The notes beneath the pieces are model-generated. The model searched no databases, was not told the DNA's origin, and was given only the letters and a program-made list of their open reading frames with translations. Positions 48,873 to 61,186 of a DNA stretch of 64,000 nt are shown one piece after another. Made by a program: the position numbers and the translations under genes. The first letter of the stretch is position 1, and each line of letters opens with the position of its first letter. Origin of the DNA: Thermomicrobiales bacterium (GTDB lineage: Bacteria > Chloroflexota > Chloroflexia > Thermomicrobiales > UBA6265); contig JASGJI010000012.1 of the NCBI GenBank assembly GCA_049840815.1, forward strand, positions 168,157 to 232,156, read 5' to 3'.

Positions 48873-50680
48873 GCGATGGCGCGGGCGCGGGCCGGCTCGT
48901 CGCGGTCGGAAGCCACGGCGTCGGCCACGGCGCGGGCCACGGCGGTGACGCTGACCGGCTTGCGCAGGACCGCGTCGGCGCCGGCGTCGAGGCACTCCTT
49001 GGCTTCGTCGGCGTCGCCGCCGATCACGGCGACGATGGGCGCGCCGCTGATCCGGGTCGACAGTGCTCGGATCGCGGCGATGGTCTCGGCGCCGTCCATC
49101 TGCGGCATGCGGCCGTCGATCATGATCAGGTCGAACTCGACCGCCTTGGCCAGTTCGAGCGCGCGGCGGCCGTCGACGGCGTGGACCACCTGGTGGCCCA
49201 ACTGTTCGAGCACGGCGCGCAGCATGGCGGCGTTCAGGGTGTCGTCCTCGGCGATGAGGATGCGCTGACGCTTCGATTCGGAGGGCTCCGGCTCGACGAG
49301 GGCCGGGGCGTCCTCGCGCTCCCGGGGCGCCGCGGCGTCATAGATCAGCTCCAGGCGGAAGCAGCTGCCGACGCCGACGGCGCTGTGGGCCGTCAGGTCG
49401 CCGCCCATCAGCCGGGCGAGCTGGCGCGACAGGGACAGGCCGAGGCCCGCGCCGGAGGTGCCGGCGCTGGTCCGCTCCACGCGCAGGAAGGGCTCGAAGG
49501 CGCGCTCCAGCTCGTCGACGGCGAGGCCGGGACCGGTGTCCGCGATCTCGATGGCCAGGCGTCCGGCCGCCGTACGCTCGATCCGCGCCTCGACCCGGCC
49601 GCGCAGGGTGAACTTCACGGCGTTGGAGATCAGGTTGGCCATGATCTGGCGCACGCGGTGGACGTCGGCGACCGCCGCGCCGGATTCGGCGGCGGTCAGC
49701 TCGGCGTCGATGTGCAGGGTCAACTCCAGGCCCTTGGCGGCGGCGTTGGGCCGGTTCAGCAGCACCAGGTCGCGCACCAGGGCGACGGCGTCGAAGGGCC
49801 GGGTCTCGACCGCCAGGCGTCCGGCCTCGGCCGTCTCGGCGTCGAGCGTGGTGTTGAGCACGGCGATCAGGTCGTTGGCGGCGTCGAGGGCGGCGACCAG
49901 CTGCTCGCGGGAGGGCGCGCCGCGGCCGTTGCGGCCGGCGGCGGCGCTGAGCACATGGACCACGCCGGTCAGGCCGTTGCGGATCTCGTGGCTGAGGGTG
50001 GCGACCAGGTCGGACTTGGAGCGGGCCAGACGCTCGGCGCGCTCGACGCTGCCGGCGCGCTCGGCGATCAGCACCTCCCGTTCGGCGGCCAGGGCGAACT
50101 GGCGGCGCAGGACGCGGTTGAAGATCAGGGCCAGGGCCATGGCGAGCGCCACCGCGCCCCAGGCCAGGCTCGCCTGGTCGTGGGTGTCGGGCTTGGCGAA
50201 CAGCGCGATGAGCGGCCCCGCGGCGGCGGCGGAGCCCACGATCAGCAGGCTGGGCAACCAGGGCGAGGCGAAGAAGATGATCACCACAGAGGCGGCGACG
50301 GCGGCCATCAGCAGGGGTTCGCGGGCCGGCCCCGCGCCGTCGGCGAAGGCCGCGATCTGGGCGACCGCGCCCGACCAGATCAGGGCGGCCAGGATATGGA
50401 TGCGGCCGCGCAGCGGCACGTTGGCCGCCACCTCCGGCCGCTTGATCCAGTTCACCGCCGCATAGAAGGCCGCCCATCCGCCAGCGAAGATCGCGAAGGT
50501 CGCGGTCATCCAGAACGAGTTCTCGGCGTGGTTTCCGGCCCAGGCGAAGGCGGGGAGGCTGACGGCGAAGAAGCCGAGGGCGTAGGGCAGCAGGGCGGCC
50601 TGGGCGTTCAGGGCCTGCTGGGTGATCGACAGGCCGCCGCGGTCGGTATCGCCGGAGGATGCGGAGACGGAACGCGACAT
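48869..50680 (-). CDS. hybrid sensor histidine kinase / response regulator (multi-TM N-terminus, HisKA, HATPase_c, REC)
   Basis: H-box LSHEIRNGLTG, N-box NLISNAVKFT, DTGPGL, GAGLGLSLS, and REC ILIAEDD...DLIMIDGRMPQMDG. Intact over 603 codons. Confidence 0.9.
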   Translation of the reverse strand: MSRSVSASSGDTDRGGLSITQQALNAQAALLPYALGFFAVSLPAFAWAGNHAENSFWMTATFAIFAGGWAAFYAAVNWIKRPEVAANVPLRGRIHILAALIWSGAVAQIAAFADGAGPAREPLLMAAVAASVVIIFFASPWLPSLLIVGSAAAAGPLIALFAKPDTHDQASLAWGAVALAMALALIFNRVLRRQFALAAEREVLIAERAGSVERAERLARSKSDLVATLSHEIRNGLTGVVHVLSAAAGRNGRGAPSREQLVAALDAANDLIAVLNTTLDAETAEAGRLAVETRPFDAVALVRDLVLLNRPNAAAKGLELTLHIDAELTAAESGAAVADVHRVRQIMANLISNAVKFTLRGRVEARIERTAAGRLAIEIADTGPGLAVDELERAFEPFLRVERTSAGTSGAGLGLSLSRQLARLMGGDLTAHSAVGVGSCFRLELIYDAAAPREREDAPALVEPEPSESKRQRILIAEDDTLNAAMLRAVLEQLGHQVVHAVDGRRALELAKAVEFDLIMIDGRMPQMDGAETIAAIRALSTRISGAPIVAVIGGDADEAKECLDAGADAVLRKPVSVTAVARAVADAVASDRDEPARARAIA

Positions 50681-50884
50681 GTCGGCGAAGCCCTTGCTGA
50701 AACTCGCCGCAGAGTAGGGCCATCAAGGTTTGCACGTGGTTACGCGAAAGCGTTAACGCGGGGATGACTCTGGCCCGTGCTGTGGACCTCGCGGGGATCG
50801 GAGGCGGCTTGGGGGCAACCGATCATTAAGCCTAACCGGGCATTATGATCGCGAGGGAGACTTCCCTCGGGCGGGGACGAAGGT

Positions 50885-52029
50885 ATGTCGACAACCAGGG
50901 CGGCGCTGACGGATGACGATATCCGCACGCTGGTGAAGGGTGCGACGCCGGACGAGCGGGCCGTGGCCGCCCACAAGATCTGCCGCACCATCGACCGCAC
51001 CGGCCTGTCGGACGAGGATCGCACCCGCGCCGAGGAGATCCTGCGGGTGATGGCGGAGGACGCCGCGGAACTGGTCCGTCGCGCCCTGGCGGTGACCCTC
51101 AAGAACTCGCCGATCGTGCCGCGCGACGTCGCCCTGCGCCTGGCGCGGGACGTGGAGAGCATCGCGCTGCCGATGCTGTCGGCCTCGCCGGTCTTCTCCG
51201 ACGCCGACCTGGCCGAGATCGTCCGCCTGGGCGGCCCGGTGCGCCAGGTGGTGATCGCCAAGCGCCCGCGCGTCTCGCAGACCGTGACGGCGGCCATCGC
51301 CGAGTATGGCGTCGAACGCGCGGTCGAGGCGGCCTGCGCCAACGACAACGCCGACTTCGCCGAGCGCACGCTGCAGCAGGTGATCTCGCGCTTCGAGAGT
51401 TCCGAGCGGGTGCTGGCCTCGGTGGCCTATCGCAACGCCCTGCCGATGTCGGTGACCGAGAAGCTGATCGGCATGGTCAGCGACCAGGTGCGCGACCACC
51501 TGCTGAACCATCAGGAGATTTCGCCGGCCCTGGCCATCGAGATCGCCATCGGGGCGCGGGAGCGCGCGACCATCGACCTGGTCGACCAGGCCGGCCGCAC
51601 GACCGACGTGCGCAGCTTCGTGGCCCACCTGAACAAGAACGAGCGGCTGACCGCCTCGCTGCTGCTGCGCGCCCTGGCCCACGGTCACATGACCTTCTTC
51701 GAGTGGGGCCTGGCGGAACTCGCGACCGTGCCGCACCACCGCACCTGGCTGATGATCCACGACGCCGGTCCGTTGGGGCTGAAGGCGATCTATGAGCGCT
51801 CGGCCCTGCCGGCCCGGCTCTATCCGGCCTTCCGCGCGGCGGTGGACACCTTCCACTCCATGGAGTTCGACGGCGGCGCCAAGGACCGCGAGCGGTTCCA
51901 GGAGCGCATGCTGCAACGCTTCCTCACCCAGCCCGCCCAAGCGGCGCGCGAGGACGTCGACTACCTGATCGACCGGATGGACCGCATCTCCGTTCGAGAC
52001 GCCGCAAGGGCGCGCGCAAGATCGCCTGA
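50885..52029 (+). CDS. DUF2336-family protein (possible frame break near 51980)
   Basis: HEAT-like repeats. Track ORF 50885..52240 would overlap the next gene by 160 nt, whereas a shifted frame ends ...RRRKGARKIA* at 52029. The 3' end is uncertain. Confidence 0.6.
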
Positions 52030-52079
52030 CGTTGGGCACAGGCTTGCGCGGGCCGGACCAGCGGCCCACGCTGGCCGGC

Positions 52080-52865
52080 ATGAGCGAGATCGCACCCGAC
52101 AGCGCCATCAAGCCGGCGGCCACCATCCTGATCCTGCGCGACGACCCGACCTTCGAGGTCCTGATGGTCAAGCGCCACCACCAGATCGACTTCGCCTCCG
52201 GCGCCCTGGTGTTCCCGGGCGGCAAGAGCCATGCGGGTGATTCCGACCCGGCCTGGGCCGATCACGCCCTGGGATTCGCCGCGTTCGACGAGGTGCAGCA
52301 GACCCTGCGCATCGCGGCGATCCGCGAGGTGTTCGAGGAGGCGGGCATCCTGCTGGCCCAGGACGCCGGCGGCGCGCCGATCCGTGGCGAGGCGGCCAGC
52401 ATGGAGGTGCGCGCGGCCGTGGACGCCGGGACCATGGCGTTCCTCGACGTGGTGAAGGGCCTCGGCGTGAAGATCGACCTGCACGCCCTGACCGTCTTCG
52501 CGCGCTGGATCACCCCGCCCCTGACCCCCAAGCGGTTCGACACCTGGTTCTATGCGGCGCGCGCGCCGGAGGACCAGCTGGCCGCCTGCGACGGGCGCGA
52601 GACCGTGGACGCCGAATGGATCGCGCCGTCGGAAGCCCTGCGCATGGCCGAGGCCGGCGAGCGCAAGGTGATCTTTCCGACCCGGATGAACCTGCAGCTC
52701 CTGGCCGAGGCGCAGAGCGCGGCCGACTGCGTGGCGCGCGCCGAGGCGCGGACCCTGGTGACGGTGTTGCCGAAGATCGAGGAGCGCGACGGAGGTCGCG
52801 TGCTCACCCTGCCGGTCGACGCCGGCTATGGCGTGGTGGCGGAGCCGCTCGAACGGGTGATGTGA
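52080..52865 (+). CDS. NUDIX hydrolase
   Basis: Nudix box GGKSHAGD...TLRIAAIREVFEEAGIL. Internal ATG of ORF 52032..52865. Confidence 0.8.
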   Translation: MSEIAPDSAIKPAATILILRDDPTFEVLMVKRHHQIDFASGALVFPGGKSHAGDSDPAWADHALGFAAFDEVQQTLRIAAIREVFEEAGILLAQDAGGAPIRGEAASMEVRAAVDAGTMAFLDVVKGLGVKIDLHALTVFARWITPPLTPKRFDTWFYAARAPEDQLAACDGRETVDAEWIAPSEALRMAEAGERKVIFPTRMNLQLLAEAQSAADCVARAEARTLVTVLPKIEERDGGRVLTLPVDAGYGVVAEPLERVM

Positions 52866-52874
52866 GCGCGGGGC

Positions 52875-53356
52875 TCAGGCGCCGAATTCGGCGACCTTGC
52901 GCTCCAGTTCCTTGATGAGGACCGCGCCGACCGGATGGTCGTCGGTCTTGATCTCGTCGCGGACGGCCGCCTTGATCGAGTTGATGTGGGCGTCGATCAG
53001 GGCCATCGGCGCGGTCAGGCGCTTGTCCTTGTCGTCGATCAGCTTGCACAGCGAGGCGCCGATGCGGGTGATCAGCGGATATTCGTAGGTCGTGCCCAGG
53101 CCCTTCAGGTCGTGGGCGCGCAGGTAGAGGAATTCCATCGTCTCGGCGCTGACGCCCTCGGTGCGCACGCGTTGCCGGGCGGTCTCGAGTTTGACGACCT
53201 CGTCGTTGAGCCACTGGCTGAAATTACCGGACAGGCTCTTGAGCGCCGCCTCGGCCTTGGCGATCGCCGCGGGATCGATGGCGCCGAGCGCCCGCCGACC
53301 TTCAGCTTCAAGGTGTTGGGCACCTGGATGATCTGGCCGGTATTCTGCTGACTCAC
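52875..53356 (-). pseudogene. Hpt-domain histidine phosphotransfer protein, one frame break at about 53290
   Basis: AGGAG plus GTG 53356 gives VSQQNTGQIIQVPNTLKLKVGG. The next frame continues ALGAIDPAAIAKAEAAL...FLYLRAHDLKGLGTTYEYPLI. The span is 482 nt (3n-1). Confidence 0.7.
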
Positions 53357-53436
53357 GACGCGGCTCCTGAAACGCTGGTCGTCTCGCAGAGTAAAAGCCA
53401 TCCGTTAACAACGGATGATAGTGGAACTTATTGAAA

Positions 53437-54219
53437 TTACACGGAAAACTGTTCGGCGAGCACGCGCTCTTCGAGGCTGCGCCCCGCGTCGAACAGCATG
53501 TGCATGCTGGTGTCGCGATCCTCCGCGACATGGACTTCCACCACGTTGCGGACCTCGAAATTGTCCGCCACCGCGCTCACCGGCCGCTTGTCGGCCTCGA
53601 GGATTTCGAAGGAGACGCGGGCGGTGTGGGCGAGGAGGGCGCCACGCCAGCGCCGGGGGCGGAACGCGCTGATCGGGGTGAGCGCCAGCACGCGGGCGTC
53701 CAAGGGGATGATCGGGCCGTGGGCCGAGAGGTTGTAGGCGGTCGAGCCGGCCGGCGTGGCCACCAGGGCGCCGTCGCAGGAAAGCTCTCCCAGGCGCACC
53801 TTGCCGTCCACCGAGATGCGCAGCTTGGCGGTCTGCCGCGTCTGGCGCAGCAGCGACACCTCGTTGATCGCCATGGCCCGGTGCGTGCGCCGCTGGGTGT
53901 CGATCGCGACCATGGTCAGGGGGTGGATCACCGCGCGCTCGGCGGCGTTGATCCGCTCCAGCAGGCCGTCCTCCGAGTATTCGTTCATCAGGAAGCCGAC
54001 CGAGCCGCGGTTCATGCCGTAGATCGGCCGGGAATGATCCTTCTGGCCGTGGAGCACTTCCAGCATGAAGCCGTCGCCGCCGAGCGCCACGATGGCCTGG
54101 GCGCCTTCGACGCCGGCGTCGCCATATCGCGCGGCGAGCCGTTCGCGGGCCTCCTGGGCCTCGGGACGGTCGCTTGCAAGGAAGGCCAGTCGGGTCACGA
54201 AGGGCTCGGGCTTGAACAT
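53437..54219 (-). CDS. nadK: NAD kinase
   Basis: [44 protein letters not shown]. Intact. Confidence 0.9.
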   Translation of the reverse strand: MFKPEPFVTRLAFLASDRPEAQEARERLAARYGDAGVEGAQAIVALGGDGFMLEVLHGQKDHSRPIYGMNRGSVGFLMNEYSEDGLLERINAAERAVIHPLTMVAIDTQRRTHRAMAINEVSLLRQTRQTAKLRISVDGKVRLGELSCDGALVATPAGSTAYNLSAHGPIIPLDARVLALTPISAFRPRRWRGALLAHTARVSFEILEADKRPVSAVADNFEVRNVVEVHVAEDRDTSMHMLFDAGRSLEERVLAEQFSV

Positions 54220-54276
54220 GCGGTCGCCACAAGCCCGTGAAAGGCGGCGGTTGTCAAACCCTCTCCGCGTAAGGCC

Positions 54277-55420
54277 TCAGCCCTTCTCGATCGCCTTGCG
54301 GAAGGCGACCTGGGCGATGTCGGGCGACAGGGCCGCAACCGTGGTCTGGGCGTGATGGGCGCCCTCGGCGCCACCGCTGGGCCGCCCGCCGTTCAGCTCG
54401 CGCACCAGGGTCAGGATGGTCGGGAAGACGCTGCGGTCGATGCCGACGGCGGCGCAGGCGAGCGCCAGCAGCTCCGGTCGGTCGGAATTGATCGCACGCT
54501 GGACCTGGCTGGGCTCGAAGCGCCCCAAGGTGGCCAGGGCCGCCGACGAACAGGCTCAGGCGATGCTCCCGCAGGACCTCGCAACAGGTAGCCGGGGCGC
54601 AGCTGTCCGGCGACGTCGAGCTTGGCGATCAGACGCCGCTCCATGTCGTCGCGCTGCTCGTCGTCGCGAAGGCGGGGCAGGTCGAGCTCCAGCCCCTGGG
54701 CCAGCGACCGTGGGCCTCGCGCAGAGCCTCGGCGATGGCTTCGTCCAAGGCGGCCGCGTCCAGCTCGAAGCGGGCGACCAGGGACTGCCGCAGCGCCTGG
54801 CCGACCCACAGGTAGAGCGCTCGGGCGAGGTCGCCGCTGAGCTTGGGGTGCCGCGAGCAGAGGCGTGCGGAGAGCCACGACCTTGTCCGACAGGGCCACC
54901 AGCGCGCCGAGATCGTCGTGGCTGACACTCGGCGGTCGTCGTTGCCCGCCAGGGCCGTCAGCACGGCCGGCTCGTTCTGGCGCAGGATCGCGTCGATCAC
55001 CGGCGCGCCCGAGGCGCGGGCGGCGGGCGACCTCGATCTGATGCTCGATCGTGGCGTCGACCAGGAGGCGGATGCAGGTCGTGGTCCTGCAGGACCGGGC
55101 TGGCGGCGATGATCGGGCGGGCGATCTCGATGTCGTCGAGGGCGAGGACGTTGATCAGGGCGGACGGAGCCCAGGCGGCGTAGGCGAGCTTCTCGGCAAG
55201 GCGGATGGCGGATGTCGCGCTCGGCCTCGACCACCAGGCTCATGAAGATCGAGGACGAGCAGAGCCTGGATTCGGCCGGCGAGCTGACCACCCCGCCGTC
55301 GTCGTCGCCGTCCTCGCACAGGTCGACGATGCCCAGCAGCAGATGTTCCCGGTCGTGGACCGCCCGGCTGCGCGCCAGGTTGAGGATGGCTTCGGTCTTG
55401 GCGACGACGCTGAAACCGGG
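54277..55420 (-). pseudogene. second DUF2336-family gene, multiple frame breaks
   Basis: Homologous pieces sit in different frames: [35 protein letters not shown] / [43 protein letters not shown] / RLLVDATIEHQIEVARRP / APVIDAILRQNEPAVLTALAGN / LSGDLARALYLWVGQALRQSL.... The N-terminus is not resolved. Confidence 0.6.
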
Positions 55421-55542
55421 TTCCTTGAGGCTTGGGCTCTCGGGGCCGAATACTGCTCTGAGCCCCGTGAAAACAAGGTTACAAGCCGCCTCGAACCATG
55501 TGGCGTAATGGCGCAGCTTCGGCTGCGGCCAAGGAATTCTAG

Positions 55543-57068
<1,526 letters not shown>

Positions 57069-57154
57069 GCGGAATTTCGCCGCCGCCGGCTTGCGGTCCC
57101 GTCCGGGCCTCCCCAGTTCAAAGTCCGGAAACTGGACTTACTAGGAGGCGGGTC

Positions 57155-57891
57155 ATGGGCGCGGTCGAGGGATCGGTTCTGGTGGTGGGCGTCGGCGCGA
57201 GCCACGGCCTGGGTGCGGCGATCGCGCGGCGGTTCGCGGCGGGCGGCTATCCGGTGGCGATCGCCGGTCGCAACGCCGCCAAGCTCGAGGCCACTGCGGC
57301 CGAGCTGAGGGCGTCCGGCGCGAAGGTCGCCCATGTGGTCGGCGATGCGAGCCTGCTGGCCGATGCGGACCGGTTCGTCGCGGCGGCCGAGGCGCTGGCC
57401 CCGCTCGCAGTGGCGATCCACAACGCCGGCAGCAACAACCCTTCGCCCTTCCTGAAGCTCAGCGAAGAACAGTTCGAGGCCCACTGGCGCGAGCACGCGC
57501 TCGGCGGCTTCCAGACGGCCCAGGCGGCGCTTCCGCTCCTCTTGAAGCGCGGCGAGGGGAGCCTGATCTTCTCCGGCGCGTCACGGCAGCCTGCGCGGCA
57601 AGGCGAATTTCGCGCCCTTCGCCTCGGCCAAGGCGGCGTTGCGCAATCTGGGCCAGAGCCTGGCGCGCGAATTCGGCCCGCAGAACATCCATGTCGCCCA
57701 CGTGGTGATCGACGGCGGCATCGAAGGGGATCGGCTGCTGTCGCGCGCGCCTCAACTGGCCGACGCAGCGCGGGCCGGACGGCCTGCTGAAGATCGACGC
57801 GATCGCCGAGGCCTACTGGACCCTGCATCACCAGCAGCGCAGCGCCTGGACGCAGGAACTCGACCTGCGGCCCTGGGCTGAGACCTTCTAG
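57155..57891 (+). pseudogene. short-chain dehydrogenase/reductase, 2 frame breaks (about 57583, about 57767)
   Basis: AGGAGG plus ATG, then VLVVGVGASHGLGAAIARRFA.... The text switches frame at ...IFSGAS / SLRGKANFAPFASAKAALRNLGQSLAREF / ...GLLKIDAIAEAYWTLH. Confidence 0.75.
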
Positions 57892-58949
57892 CCGACCACG
57901 ACCTTGGCCGCGCCGGCTTCCAGCCGGCCGATGATCGCGGCGGAGCCAATCCGCTGGCGCGCGCCAGCCGCAGGATTTCGTCGGCCGCCTCCGGCGCGGC
58001 GGCGATCAGCAGGCCGCCGCTGGTCTGGGGGTCGCACAGCAGGTCGCGCCGCCAGCCGGGCGAGGCGCGTCCGCGCCTTCGACCGACGCGCCATAGCTCG
58101 CCCAGTTGCGGCCCGACGCGCCGGTGCGCACCCGGCCTGGCGCCAGCGCCTCGACCCCCGGCAGGACCAGCGGGCGCGATCCGCGTCCAGGTCTCGCCGT
58201 GAGGCCGCCGCCTCGAGCCATTTCCAGCGCATGGCCGAGCAGTCCGAAGCCGGTGACGTCGGTCATGCGCGTGGACCCGGGTCGGCCGGCCAGTCGTTGC
58301 CGAGCGTGTTGAGCTGGGTGGTTGTGGCGATCATCGCCGCATAGCCGTCCGGGCCGAGCTTCTCCTGCTTGAACGCGGCCTCAGCACGCCGACGCCCAGG
58401 GCCTTGGTCAGGATCAGGACGTCGCCCGCACGGCCGCCGCGGTTTTGAGCAGCTTGTCGGGGTGGACGAGGCCCAGCGCCGACCAGGCCGTAGATCGGCT
58501 CGACGCTGTCGATCGAGTGACCTCCGGCCACCGGCACGCCCGCCACCGCGCAGACCGACGCGCCGCCGGCCAGGATCTCGCCGATGGTCTCCAGCGACAG
58601 CTTGTCGATCGGCATGCCGACGATGGCGAGCGCCAGGATCGGCGTCCCGCCCATGGCGTAGATGTCGGATAGGGCGTTGGTCGCGGCGATGCGGCCGAAG
58701 TCGAAGGGATCGTCGACCACCGGCATGAAGAAGTCCGTCGTCGCCACCAGCGCCTGGTCGTCGTTCAGCCGCCAGACGGCCGCGTCGTCAGAGGTCTCGG
58801 TGCCGACCAGCAGGTTCGGGAAGGCGGCCGGCCGCCGGCATCCTGGCCATGATCTCCTGCAGCACCGCCGGCGCGATCTTGCAGCCGCAGCCGCCGCCGT
58901 GGGCCAGCGAGGTGAGTCGAACGGCGTCGGTCATGTTCGGGCTCGCCAT
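57888..58949 (-). pseudogene. selD: selenide, water dikinase (selenophosphate synthetase), at least 7 frame changes
   Basis: [25 protein letters not shown] (Cys, not Sec), [44 protein letters not shown] and LLCDPQTSGGLL lie in different frames. Confidence 0.8.
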
Positions 58950-59033
58950 CTGCACCGCCCTCTGAGACGTCTCGCGTCGGCGCGCAAAGCAATGCTAGGT
59001 GGTGCGCCATAGAGGATTCAGCTCACTAAGGCC

Positions 59034-60090
59034 GTGGACGCCGCGTCGCTCGCGAAGTTCGACGTGATCATCGACGTGCGCAGCCCGGGCGAGTTCGCCG
59101 AGGATCATGTGCCGGGCGCGGTGAACCTGCCGGTGCTGTCGACGCCGAAAGGGCCGAGGTCGGCACGATCTACGTGCAGGAGTCGCGCTTCATGGCCCGG
59201 CGGATCGGCGCGGCGTATGTCGCGCGCAACGTCGCCCGCCACCTGGAGAAGCGCTCATGGGCGACCGGCCTTGAAGCTACCGGCCGCTGGTCTACTGCTG
59301 GCGCGGCGGCCAGCGCTCGAACGCGATGGCGGTGATCCTCGTCGCAGGTCGGCTGGCGCACGGCCGTGCTGAGCCGGCGGCTACAAGACCTATCGGCGGC
59401 GCGTGCAGCAGCGCCTTTACGAGGCCGAGCCGACTGGCCAACGTCGTCCTGCTGGATGGTTCGACACGGGCAGCGGCAAGACCGAAGGTCCTGCATCGGC
59501 TGGCGGACCGCGGGGTGCAGATCATCGACCTGGAGGGCCTGGCGGCGACACCGCGGCTCGCTGTTCGGGGCGGTGCCGGACCGGCGGCAGCCGAGCCAGA
59601 AACTGTTCGAGAGCCCGCCTGATCGCAGGCGCTTGAGGCCGGCTCGACCCAGGTCAGCCGGTCGTCGTCGAAGCGGAGTCGAGCAAGATCGGCGAGCGGA
59701 TGATCCCGCCAGTGCTCTGGCGCGCAATGCAGGCCGCGCCGCGCATCGAATGGTCGCCGCGCCGCGGCCGCCCGCGCCGCTTATCTGGTGAGCGCCTATC
59801 GCTGACATCATCGAGATCCGACGAGGATCTCGAGGCGGCGCTCGAGCGGCTTCCAGCGTCATCCGGACCAGCACCGTCTGGAGAACTGGCGCGGCCTGGC
59901 CGACGCCGGCGCCTACGAGGACCTCGCCTTCGCATTGATGAAGCACCACTACGACCCGGCCTACGACCGCTCCAGCCGCAAGGATGGGCGCGCGCGCCTG
60001 GCGCGCATCGAGCTCGCCGATCTCGGCCAGGCCGCCCAGGAAGAGGCGGCCGCGACGATCGCGCGCCTCGTCGCGGCGCACCGCGCTTGA
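59034..60090 (+). pseudogene. selU: tRNA 2-selenouridine synthase (rhodanese + P-loop), multiple frame breaks
   Basis: FDVIIDVRSPGEFAEDHVPGAVNLPVL; later VLLDG.TGSGKT-like and RGVQIIDLEGLA pieces and ...ALMKHHYDPAYDRS lie in different frames. Confidence 0.7.
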
Positions 60091-60159
60091 CCTTGGGTCC
60101 GGGCGGGACGACCCTAGGCGATCATTGATCACGAACGATCAGACGAAGGGGAGGCCGCC

Positions 60160-60931
60160 ATGGCCGATGGTTCCGTTGCGGGTGTCGTCTCGCTGAAGGG
60201 CAAGGTCAGCGCCGAGGAATGGCAAGCGCGGGTGGATCTCGCGGCGCTCTATCGCCTGGTGGCGATGCATGGGTGGGACGACATGATCTACACCCACATC
60301 TCCGCCCGCGTGCCGGGGCCGGAGCATCACTTCCTGATCAATCCGTATGGAATGTTCTTCGACGAGATCACCGCCTCGTCGCTGGTGAAGATCGATATGG
60401 AGGGCAAGGTCCTGCAGGACACGCCCTATTTCGTGAATCCGGCGGGTTTCACGATCCATTCGGCGATCCACGGCGCGCGCGAAGACGCCAATACGTGATG
60501 CACCTGCATTCCGACCAGGGGGTGGCGGTCGCGGCGCAGAAGGAGGGCCTGCTGCCGCTCTCGCAGCATGCGCTGATCGTGCTGCCGCGGCTGGCCTACC
60601 ATGACTATGAAGGCATCGCCCTGAACCTCGACGAACGTGATCGCCTGGTCCACGACATCGGCCCGACCGCCCAGATGATGCTGCTGCGCAATCACGGCAC
60701 GCTGGCGCTCGGGCGCACCGCCGGCGAGTGCTGGAACAACATGTTCTACCTGGAGCGCGCCTGTAAGCAGCAGGTGATGGCCCTTTCGGTCGGCCGCGAG
60801 AATGTGCTGTTCGCCCCGGACGACGCGGTCGAGGTGAGAGAACCAGGTGATGCGCACGCGTCGGCGGGGCGCTCGGCTGGGCCGGCATCCTCCGTAAGCT
60901 CGATCGGAACCTGCCGGGCTACGACGCCTAA
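60160..60931 (+). pseudogene. class II aldolase/adducin-family protein, at least 2 frame breaks (about 60493, about 60870)
   Basis: EWQARVDLAALYRLVAMHGWDDMIYTHISARVP...FTIHSAIHGAREDAN / VMHLHSDQGVAVAAQKEGLLPLSQHA... / WAGILRKLDRNLPGYDA*. Confidence 0.75.
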
Positions 60932-61186
60932 GGGCGATACCCGACTCGGCCATCTTGTTTCGGGCGCTCCGTGAGGGCACCCGATCTGTTTCCAGTCGTG
61001 TTGCATTTTCGGGCCATGGGCCATTGAAATCGGTCTTTTGAGGCGGATAGCGTCGTATTTCGGCGCAGACGTCGGCAAAGTCATGTTTCTGTCACTGGAC
61101 GTAGCGTATCTGAAAGCCATAAGAGCGCTTGATTTCAAACCCATTGGGCCGCCTCCATTGATCGAGGCGACGGAGTTCCCTGAGCC

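Noticed and set aside
50725-50765. CtrA-box-like string GGTTACGCGAAAGCGTTAACG upstream of the histidine kinase
   Set aside because: The spacing does not fit TTAA-N7-TTAA. It is only an imperfect palindrome, and the taxon assignment is itself an inference.
48797-50767. 656-codon + strand ORF and the 465-codon minus ORF 49338..50735
   Set aside because: These are alternative frames of the histidine kinase gene. Only 48869..50680(-) shows H/N/G boxes and a REC domain.
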